Shown here piece by piece: positions 57,214 to 64,000 of a stretch of 64,000 bases of DNA. Made by a program: the position numbers and the translations under genes. Under the pieces are notes generated by a model. That model did no database searches and was not told the DNA's origin. It saw nothing but the letters and a program-made list of their open reading frames with translations. Positions within the stretch are counted from its first letter, which is position 1. Each line of letters begins with the position of its first letter. This DNA comes from Alphaproteobacteria bacterium (GTDB lineage Bacteria; Pseudomonadota; Alphaproteobacteria; GCA-2731375), in assembly GCA_021776235.1 (NCBI GenBank), contig JAJFGG010000011.1, forward strand, positions 38,248-102,247, written 5' to 3'.

Positions 57214-58074
57214 TTAACCCTTTAGCAATGCCGCCAAACCGACACGGTAGTTCGGGTATTGCAACTGGACCCCCAATTCCTGCCTGATACGGTCGTTGCG
57301 GACACGCTTGTTATCGCGATAGAAACTGGCCGCCATTGGGCTCAAATCGGCTTCATCGAAGGCAATCGCCGGTGGCGGCCGCTGGCCCAGTAGTTCAGCC
57401 GCATGGGCGATGACGTCTTGCGGCGGCGCCGCCTCGTCATCGCAGACGTTGTAGATGGCGCCGGGATCGGGCCGCGCCATGGAGGCTTGCAGGACCGTCG
57501 CCAAATCGTCCACGTGAATGCGGGAGAAAACATGGCCTGGCTTGACGATGCGCCGGGCCTTGCCCAGGCGCAGGTTATCCAGGGCGTTGCGGCCGGGCCC
57601 ATAGATACCGGCCAGACGGAATATGTGCATGGGCCGGCCCAGTCGGCGACCCCAATCCAGCCAGGCCTGCTCTGCCGCCACCCGCCACCGACTGCGCTGA
57701 TTGAGCTGGTCGTCCGCCGCCGCCGGAGTTGCCTCGTCGACCCAACCGCCACCGTGATCGCCATAGACCCCGGTAGTGGAGAGATAGCCCAGCCAGCGGA
57801 GATCCGTTAGTTTTGCAATATCGGCGCCGTGACGGGCAAACACCGGGTCGCCGTCCTTATCGGGCGGAACAGAGAGCAAGAGGTGGGTGGTGCCGGCCAT
57901 CCGGCCGGCCGGGTCAGCCAGGGGATGGTCACGGTCAAAGGGGAAAGTGCCCGCCCCGCCGCCTTCCCGGCTGGTGCCTGCGACGGTCCAGCCAAGCGCT
58001 GCGAGACGATGCGCCAAGACCTGGGCACTGTAGCCCAGGCCGAAACAGAACAATTTTTCTCTACTCACCGTCAT
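57214..58074 (-). CDS. NAD-dependent epimerase/dehydratase (SDR-family) protein
   Basis: Start at the internal ATG 58074 (MTVSREKLFCFGLGYSAQ…), an N-terminal Rossmann-like motif. Confidence 0.65.
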   Translation of the reverse strand: MTVSREKLFCFGLGYSAQVLAHRLAALGWTVAGTSREGGGAGTFPFDRDHPLADPAGRMAGTTHLLLSVPPDKDGDPVFARHGADIAKLTDLRWLGYLSTTGVYGDHGGGWVDEATPAAADDQLNQRSRWRVAAEQAWLDWGRRLGRPMHIFRLAGIYGPGRNALDNLRLGKARRIVKPGHVFSRIHVDDLATVLQASMARPDPGAIYNVCDDEAAPPQDVIAHAAELLGQRPPPAIAFDEADLSPMAASFYRDNKRVRNDRIRQELGVQLQYPNYRVGLAALLKG

Positions 58075-58116
58075 TCCAGCCCTTGCCCAGTCAGCGCATA
58101 TATGGAAGGTAGGCGG

Positions 58117-58905
58117 ATGCCCGCCCCCGGACAATACAGCCTTTTCTCCCTTTGCCTTTTATTGCCGACATTGCTGCTACCAATTATGCGGCCTTTGCCT
58201 GCCGCGGCGGCGGAAACAGACATCGACCACGAACAGCAGTATCGTGCCTGTATTGCCCTGACCTACCGCGAACCCTGGCAGGCCTTCGAAGCAGCGGAGA
58301 GCTGGGCCGGGGTAGGCGGCGGCGCGGCGGCCCGCCATTGCGCGGCCATGGCACTGTTGGAGGCGAAACAATATGACCGCTCGGCGGAGCGGTTGGAAGC
58401 GTTGGCGGCGGGCCTGGCCACAGATCACTTCCCTTCACCCGGCGATGTTCTGGCCCAGGCAGCCAATGTCTGGTTGCTGGGTGACCGGCCGGAACTGGCA
58501 CTGCAGGCGATTGAACTGGCACTGCAATTTGACCCTGACAAAGCATCCTATCTGGTCGACCGGGGCCGCATCCGGGCCGAACTGGGCGACCATGCCGCCG
58601 CACTGTCGGACCTGAACCGAGCCCTGGCCCTGGACAGCACGGACGATGACGCCGCCGCCTTTCAGGCCAGCGCCCTGCGCCACCTGGGCCGCCTGGAAGA
58701 GGCCATGGCAGCCGTCGAGTACGCCCTCGACCTGAATCCCGGCAATCCTTCCGCCCGGTTGGAGCGGGGCATCCTGCGTTTTCAAATGGGTGATACCGCG
58801 GGTGCGCAGGCGGACTGGCTGCACACCGCAGCAGAACACAGCGGCACCCCGGCCGCCGACTCGGCCCAGGCCCGGTTGCAGAAAATGGAACTCACGAAGA
58901 AATAG
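58117..58905 (+). CDS. Secreted tetratricopeptide-repeat protein
   Basis: Start at ATG 58117 (GGAAGG upstream); signal peptide MPAPGQYSLFSLCLLLPTLLLPI. TPR-like helical repeats (…ALQFDPDKASYLVDRGRIRAELGDHAAALSDLNRALALD…). Confidence 0.65.
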   Translation: MPAPGQYSLFSLCLLLPTLLLPIMRPLPAAAAETDIDHEQQYRACIALTYREPWQAFEAAESWAGVGGGAAARHCAAMALLEAKQYDRSAERLEALAAGLATDHFPSPGDVLAQAANVWLLGDRPELALQAIELALQFDPDKASYLVDRGRIRAELGDHAAALSDLNRALALDSTDDDAAAFQASALRHLGRLEEAMAAVEYALDLNPGNPSARLERGILRFQMGDTAGAQADWLHTAAEHSGTPAADSAQARLQKMELTKK

Positions 58906-60076
58906 CGGTGGCCCATTCCGCCCGTACGTCAGGGTCCGCTTCGCCCCGCAGATAGGCCGGCGCCAGACTTGCCAAGGCATTGACACCGCGCAACTGCAAC
59001 AGCGCCCAGACCGCCATGGCCCGGACCAGGGGCGATGGGTCGGCCAACAGCGGTTCGATCCCTACGGATAGCTGGCCATTGCCGCTATTGCCCGCGGCTA
59101 TCAGAACATTACGTAAAAATCGGTCCCGCCCCAGGCGTTTGACCGGAGTGCCGGCGTATAGGTTGCGGAAGGCGCTGTCGTCCAATTGCAGCAGTTTGCC
59201 CAGATCCGGCGTGCCCAGACCGGAACGCGGGGTCAAGGCGGCGTCCCGAGCCAGCGAGGCAAACTTGTTCCAGGGACAAACCGCCAGGCAATCGTCGCAG
59301 CCAAAGATGCGGTTGCCCATGGGCTTGCGGAATTCAGTCTCGATATGACCTTGATGCTCGATGCTCAAATAGGACAGACAGCGCCGGGCATCCAGTTGAT
59401 AGGGTGCGGGGAATGCTGCCGTCGGACAAATCTCCAGGCAGCGTTGGCAGCCGCCACAATGATCGGCCTCACCATTATCAAAGGGCAGGGACAGGGTGGT
59501 GAATATACTGCCCAGAAACAGCCAGGAGCCGAAGTCCCGGCTTACCAGATTGCTATGCTTACCCTGCCAGCCCAGACCGGCCGCCTGAGCCAAGGGTTTT
59601 TCCATCACCGGGGCGGTATCGACAAAGACTTTCAGTTCGCCGCCGGCCTGCGCCACCAACCAACGGGCCAGGGTCTTCAGGCGTTTTTTGACCACGACAT
59701 GGTAATCCTTGCGCTCGGCATAAACCGAGACGTTGCCCCGTTCCACCTGGGCTAGGCGATCCAGGGGATTGTCATCGGGTCCGTAATTCAGGCCGAGCAT
59801 GATGATGGACCGGGCTTCGGGCCACAAGGCATTGGGGTGCCCGCGTCGGGCGGCCTTGGCCACCAGCCAATCCATGTCACCATGGCGGCCCATGGCCAGG
59901 AACCGGTCCAGGCGGCCGCCCGCCTTGGGAATGGCGTCGGGTCCGGTAATGCCGATCGCATCAAAGCCCAGCGCCAGTGCCTCGCGCCGCATGGCATCGA
60001 CCAGCGCAACGCCGTCCCAATCAGCGCCGGCCGGACCGGGCCCCTCGCCGGTCGGCCTAGAAGTCGAGGTCGGCAT
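58892..60076 (-). CDS. queG: tRNA epoxyqueuosine(34) reductase QueG
   Basis: Start at the internal ATG 60076. 4Fe-4S motifs CGGCQRCLEICPTAAF and CDDCLAVCPWN; C-terminal HEAT-like PLVRAMAVWALLQL. Confidence 0.8.
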   Translation of the reverse strand: MPTSTSRPTGEGPGPAGADWDGVALVDAMRREALALGFDAIGITGPDAIPKAGGRLDRFLAMGRHGDMDWLVAKAARRGHPNALWPEARSIIMLGLNYGPDDNPLDRLAQVERGNVSVYAERKDYHVVVKKRLKTLARWLVAQAGGELKVFVDTAPVMEKPLAQAAGLGWQGKHSNLVSRDFGSWLFLGSIFTTLSLPFDNGEADHCGGCQRCLEICPTAAFPAPYQLDARRCLSYLSIEHQGHIETEFRKPMGNRIFGCDDCLAVCPWNKFASLARDAALTPRSGLGTPDLGKLLQLDDSAFRNLYAGTPVKRLGRDRFLRNVLIAAGNSGNGQLSVGIEPLLADPSPLVRAMAVWALLQLRGVNALASLAPAYLRGEADPDVRAEWATAISS

Positions 60077-60725
60077 AATGTCGGGGCGGCGGCAGGCCGG
60101 GCATATGGTCCGCCAGTATGGGGCGGAAACTGGGGCGGGATTTGACCCGGGCATACCATTCCTTGGCGCCCTGATGTTGCTCCCAGGGCACATCGCCAAG
60201 ATAATCCAGACAGGATATTTGCGCCGCGGCGGCGATATCGGCCAATGAGAACACCTCACCGCCAATATAATTCCGTCGCTCCACCAGATAGCCGATCTAG
60301 TCCACGTGATAGCCGATATTCTGCCGTCCCGCCCGGATCAGATCGGACCGCGGCTCGCCCATGCCCATGAACCGCTTCAGCAGCTTTTCCCGCAGCAGAA
60401 AATCCGTCACTTCGCTATAAAACTTGCCGTCGAACCAGGCGATCAGACGGCGGCATTCGGCCCGGGCCAGGGGGTCCGGTCCCAATAATCCGGGTTCGGG
60501 CTGGCATTCTTCCAGATACTCGACAATGGCCTGGCTGTCGGCCAACACCGCACCACCGGGCTCGCTCAAGACCGGCACCTGACCGGCCGGGTTAAGGGCC
60601 AAAAATTCCTGTCGCCGATCCCAGTATTTTTCCACCACCAGTTCCACGTCGAGGCCTTTTTCATACAAGGCGATCCGCACCTTGCGGGAAAATGGTGAGA
60701 GCCAGAAATGGTACAGAATACGCAT
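60057..60725 (-). pseudogene. Glutathione S-transferase interrupted by an in-frame TAG (60297..60299) within a 21-bp direct duplication
   Basis: N-terminal domain MRILYHFWLSPFSRKVRIALYEKG…VPVL. The reading frame continues through TAG (…NIGYHVD*IGYLVERRNYIGGEVFSLADIA…) into the GST C-terminal domain. The 10-mer GATAGCCGAT occurs twice, 21 bp apart, flanking the stop. Confidence 0.6.
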
Positions 60726-60774
60726 CTGCCCAGTTTACCGGATCGGCCCGCCGCCGCATAGCATGGCGCCGGGG

Positions 60775-61755
60775 CTAATCCGTGGTCAAAACCGCCTTGC
60801 CGATCACCTTGCGGTCCAACAACAACTGCATGCCTTCGACCGCGCGCTCCAAGGGCAGGACATGGGAGACATAAGGGTGCAGTTTGCCGGCATTCGCCAT
60901 GGCCAGCAGTTCCTGCAATTCCTGCTCGCCGGCCTCGGGATCATGGCGCCGGGCTTCGCCAGCCCGGCAACCGATGATGGACAAACCCTTTATCAAAGCA
61001 TAGTTGACCGAAAGTTGCGGTATGCGGCCAGACGTGAAGCCGATCACCACCAGTCGCCCATGCCAGGCCATGCAGCGCAATGATTGATCGAACACGTCGC
61101 CGCCCACTGGGTCATAGACTAAGTCCACACCGGCGCCTCCGGTGATTTCCTTGACCCGGCCGCGGAATTCACCCTGACGATAGTTGATCACATGGTCGGC
61201 ACCATAGTCCCGCGCCACCATCAACTTGTCGTCATCCCCACCGGTGGCGATGATCCTGGCGCCATGCAGTTTGGCGATTTCGACCGCCGCCAGGCCAACG
61301 CCGCCCGTAGCGCCATGGATCAGCACCCATTCCCCGGCCTGCAACCGGCCTCGCTGCAACAGACAATGGTGGGCCGTAACGTAAGCGACCAGGAATGCAG
61401 CCGCGGTAACATCATCAAAGTTGCTGGGCGTCGGCAACAGGGTATGGGCCTCCACCACCGCCTGTTCGGCGAAGCCACCCGGCCGGGTGCGCATGAGAAC
61501 CCGGTCGCCCGGCGCGAATGTTTGCACATCCCGGGCAACCTCGATAACCTCGCCCGCCGTCTCGAACCCGGCGATAAACGGCAACGTTGGTTTATGCTGA
61601 TAGGAACCTTCCACGGTCAGGATATCTGGAAAATTGATGCCGGCGGCATTGATCTTTACCCGTGCCTGACCTGGCCCCATATCCGGTTCGGGCCACTCTT
61701 CCAGGCGCAGTACCGAAGGCGGCCCCAATTCCCGGCATACGATAGCCCGCATCAT
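60775..61755 (-). CDS. NADPH:quinone oxidoreductase / zinc-type alcohol dehydrogenase-family protein
   Basis: MDR family: GERVLIHGATGGVGLAAVEIAK…. Confidence 0.85.
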   Translation of the reverse strand: MMRAIVCRELGPPSVLRLEEWPEPDMGPGQARVKINAAGINFPDILTVEGSYQHKPTLPFIAGFETAGEVIEVARDVQTFAPGDRVLMRTRPGGFAEQAVVEAHTLLPTPSNFDDVTAAAFLVAYVTAHHCLLQRGRLQAGEWVLIHGATGGVGLAAVEIAKLHGARIIATGGDDDKLMVARDYGADHVINYRQGEFRGRVKEITGGAGVDLVYDPVGGDVFDQSLRCMAWHGRLVVIGFTSGRIPQLSVNYALIKGLSIIGCRAGEARRHDPEAGEQELQELLAMANAGKLHPYVSHVLPLERAVEGMQLLLDRKVIGKAVLTTD

Positions 61756-61788
61756 CTTTCCCCTGCGCCCGAATGAATTCCTGTTCTT

Positions 61789-62298
61789 TTAGAACGTCAG
61801 CGGCAATTCGACCAGGGGGGTCGGCCCGCCCTGGTATGATCCCGGCCCCATGGCGTCGACCGCTTCTACCAATCGATTTTCCGACTTCAACAATCGGTCG
61901 GCAATGGCAATTATACGGCGGTTTGGTTTGGCATGGGGTGCGGCGCGGCGCAGGGCCTGGGCCGCCTCGCTTTCGCGCCCCGGGTTGTATTGACATAGAA
62001 TGGTCAGGGCCGCCGCCGTCGATCGGCTGACGCCGGCATAGCAATGCACGATCATGGCGCCTTGCCGGTTCCAGGCCCGGGCAAAATCCAGCAATGCCGT
62101 TACATGCTCCATGGTCGGGGCAATATCACCGGCGTAAGAGGCCGGGAAATCATCGACTTCGATGTGCAAATGCCGTGCCGGATCAATGCCCTCGGGCGTA
62201 TTGGGCACTCCCTCAATCCCCAGCAGGGAAAGGATATGGGTCGCCCCAAGGTCCAGGGTCCGCTCCTCCATGGTCCGCCACGAACTAATATACAGCAC
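61789..62298 (-). CDS. Dual-specificity / tyrosine phosphatase-family protein
   Basis: HCYAGVSRS, i.e. the C(X)5R active-site motif. Confidence 0.6.
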   Translation of the reverse strand: MLYISSWRTMEERTLDLGATHILSLLGIEGVPNTPEGIDPARHLHIEVDDFPASYAGDIAPTMEHVTALLDFARAWNRQGAMIVHCYAGVSRSTAAALTILCQYNPGRESEAAQALRRAAPHAKPNRRIIAIADRLLKSENRLVEAVDAMGPGSYQGGPTPLVELPLTF

Positions 62299-62382
62299 AA
62301 TATGGGCCTCATTCCAGTTTTGCCGCGCCGCTCAGAATTTCTTAATCAAGCCGCACTATATTATTCGCAGGAACGGCCACAA

Positions 62383-62556
62383 ATGGGAAGCATAGCGATG
62401 TCAGGTACCGTCGAACATTACCAAGGGCTGGCGCAAAACCTGATCGAAACCCTGGGCGTCGAACAGGCTTTGCATGTAGCCAAGCAGTACGCCTGGTATG
62501 GCGTGATGGAAGAGATTTACCGCCTGAGCGGCGAAGCTGGCCACACGGTGCATTAA
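62383..62556 (+). CDS. Small hypothetical protein (57 aa)
   Basis: MGSIAMSGTVEHYQGLAQNLIETLGVEQALHVAKQYAWYGVMEEIYRLSGEAGHTVH. AGGAACGG upstream. The remainder of track ORF 62044..62556 is antisense to the phosphatase gene. Confidence 0.3.
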   Translation: MGSIAMSGTVEHYQGLAQNLIETLGVEQALHVAKQYAWYGVMEEIYRLSGEAGHTVH

Positions 62557-62702
62557 CGGGAAAGCAAAGTCTCTGTTGCCATGGTCATGGGGAACGGCAG
62601 GGGTGGCGGCCTACGCCACGGCCAGATAATGCAGACAAATCCCGCTGCCTCACCACGATCAAGGTGCGACACCCTCTCGAGCAAAGAAACTGTTAGAATC
62701 GT

Positions 62703-63143
62703 CTAGATGACCAATTGGCGCGGACGGACCGGGCCAAGAATATTGGTGGCGTCATCGCTGGCCATTACATAGGCCTCGCTAACCGCTTCATGTTGACGCC
62801 GCCGGTCTGCCTCAGGCGTCCCGTCGGGCATTCCTTCCTGAGCGATTTGCTGCGCCAGAAACGGCACGAACGGCTGTGCCTTTTGCCTCGGCGCAGGCGG
62901 CAGAACCCGGCCTTGATCGACCAGGGGCAATTCAACGACATTCTCAACAACACCTACGGGCCCCGTCCGCAGCACCTGGGCACGGGCCTGTTGTTCACCC
63001 TGACCCTTGGCCGCGAATTGGGCGCCCTGCCGGTACTCCGATTCACGATCCGCAACGCGATGCGGCGCGCGCACGGGCGCGACTTCACCCAGCCGGGAGG
63101 CTGCGCGTTCATAAACGGATGCTGCTGTCGCTACACTCGTCAA
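62703..63143 (-). CDS. Hypothetical protein
   Basis: 146-aa ORF with no recognised domain. Confidence 0.35.
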   Translation of the reverse strand: MTSVATAASVYERAASRLGEVAPVRAPHRVADRESEYRQGAQFAAKGQGEQQARAQVLRTGPVGVVENVVELPLVDQGRVLPPAPRQKAQPFVPFLAQQIAQEGMPDGTPEADRRRQHEAVSEAYVMASDDATNILGPVRPRQLVI

Positions 63144-63228
63144 GTCTTAATCCACCAAATATGCCACCAGCATAGGCTCCGGTTCGTCATCCTACACCTA
63201 TACATCTTGTCATTAGAGCAGAATTTTG

Positions 63229-63253
63229 TCGCTAAGTCAATGCCTTAGCGACG
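63229..63253 (-). terminator. Hairpin GTCGCTAAG-N7-CTTAGCGAC just 3' of the VUT-family gene
   Basis: 9-bp perfect stem. On the minus-strand transcript it is followed by AAAAUUCU. Confidence 0.4.
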
Positions 63254-63264
63254 GGCAGAATATA

Positions 63265-63819
63265 TCAGGCGGGCTGTACGCCGCGCCGTTGGTCCCAGTT
63301 GCGCAGCCACCAGATGACTGGGATGGATATTAGCACAATCCAGGTCTTGCCGATAACTTGGCCCGAAAGAAATTCCAGGCTGCCAAAGGCCAATTGCAGG
63401 AACAAAACGCTGTCGATCAGCAAACCGACCAGACCCGAGGCCACGACCGCCAAAACCAGGCGGCGGCGCTGCAACGGTGTGTAGACGGCAAAATCGGCCA
63501 ATTCCGAGAGCAAAAATGCCACGCCAGAAGCCAAAACCAGAGCCGGCGGCGCCAAGGCGGCAGATAACGCCGCACCAGCCAATATGGCTGCAACGGCCCA
63601 GCGCGGGCCCAGACGACGCTGCACTAAATCGCGCAAAACCAGGGCCAAACCGATCATGAGCACCCCACTGGGCGCCATGATACCGGGCGCCACCGGGATT
63701 AGACAGGGAGCCCCGGGCGCACAGACCGTGCCCCAATGGCCGATCAGCCAGTTGGCGGCGGGGATACACAGGGCAAAGGCGGCCAGATAGATATAACCTT
63801 CAATTCGCGTGGCCTGCAT
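63265..63819 (-). CDS. VUT-family (YhhQ/DUF165-like) integral membrane protein, possible queuosine-precursor transporter
   Basis: Six hydrophobic helices with the C-terminal pattern …GQVIGKTWIVLISIPVIWWL…. Weak family call. Confidence 0.4.
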   Translation of the reverse strand: MQATRIEGYIYLAAFALCIPAANWLIGHWGTVCAPGAPCLIPVAPGIMAPSGVLMIGLALVLRDLVQRRLGPRWAVAAILAGAALSAALAPPALVLASGVAFLLSELADFAVYTPLQRRRLVLAVVASGLVGLLIDSVLFLQLAFGSLEFLSGQVIGKTWIVLISIPVIWWLRNWDQRRGVQPA

Positions 63820-63880
63820 GACGTCTCAATTCGCTAACATTTTTCGTCCCGATGCCTACTGGATTAGAGAGCAAAAGAAA

Positions 63881-63913
63881 AGGGCCGCCGGATCAACCGG
63901 CGGCCCATAGATG
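63881..63913 (-). terminator. Rho-independent terminator (GGGCCGCCGG-atcaa-CCGGCGGCCC), followed by CUUUUCUUUUGCUC on the minus-strand transcript
   Basis: 10-bp perfect GC stem plus a U-tract. Lies downstream of the partial minus-strand CDS ending at 63934. Confidence 0.7.
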
Positions 63914-63933
63914 TGACTAACCTGGCGAAACTT

Positions 63934-64000
63934 ATTCGGTCTCGGCGCTGATCAACGGACCAAAGCGGATCGAACGTGTTCCATCAAAGCGGGTCATCTG
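63934..64000 (-). CDS. C-terminal end of an unidentified CDS (…QMTRFDGTRSIRFGPLISAETE*) entering from beyond the window
   Basis: Open frame to the window edge, terminated by TAA at 63934..63936 and followed by a strong terminator. Confidence 0.3.

Noticed and set aside
60057-60284. Stand-alone 75-aa gene (MERRNYIGGE…)
   Set aside because: It is the in-frame C-terminal domain of the GST whose N-terminal domain ends at an amber codon 12 nt upstream. Annotated as part of one interrupted GST.
3431-64000. Scan of all non-coding stretches for tRNA/rRNA
   Set aside because: No cloverleaf-like sequence (e.g. a GGTTCGAATCC-type T-arm) or rRNA-like segment was recognised by eye.

Overview
High-GC alphaproteobacterial-type chromosomal window (gene content and codon style resemble Rhodospirillaceae-like genomes), mostly housekeeping and transport genes with several lower-GC, AT-rich accessory patches. 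Family and product calls below come from reading motifs in the translations; no database search was run.

In order along the window:
- A partial maeB malic enzyme gene at the window start.
- Two tandem TauD-family dioxygenases.
- An AT-rich patch with decayed gene fragments.
- A methyltransferase.
- A sugar-type ABC importer with two paralogous Tat-signal binding proteins.
- Two convergent paralogous chemoreceptors.
- A Cys-rich-repeat::cytochrome-P460-like fusion gene, an amicyanin-like cupredoxin and a chemoreceptor; the first two overlap by 4 nt (ATGA) and the chemoreceptor starts 25 bp further on. This is the most unusual element.
- Miscellaneous enzymes (class II aldolase, DUF952, SDR, ArfB, NIPSNAP, SMP-30, 3-hydroxyacyl-CoA dehydrogenase, DUF2312).
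- preT-preA, plsY, pyrC, pyrB.
- SDR, DUF423, a GT2 glycosyltransferase.
- A livKHMGF-type transporter followed by an epimerase and a DHDPS-family lyase.
- A CBS-domain protein and an orphan CheZ-like protein.
- A lower-GC island of small secreted proteins and lipoproteins.
- An MscK-like channel and a PlpD-like patatin/Omp85 fusion.
- A glutaredoxin next to a predicted GrdB/PrdB-family selenoprotein: an in-frame TGA joins two ORFs and is followed by a SECIS-like hairpin.
- An acyl-CoA synthetase, an ABC exporter, a cupin, an epimerase, a TPR protein, queG.
- A GST gene interrupted by an in-frame TAG inside a 21-bp duplication.
- A quinone oxidoreductase, a tyrosine-phosphatase-like protein, and a VUT/YhhQ-like transporter.

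No rRNA, tRNA or CRISPR array was recognised.
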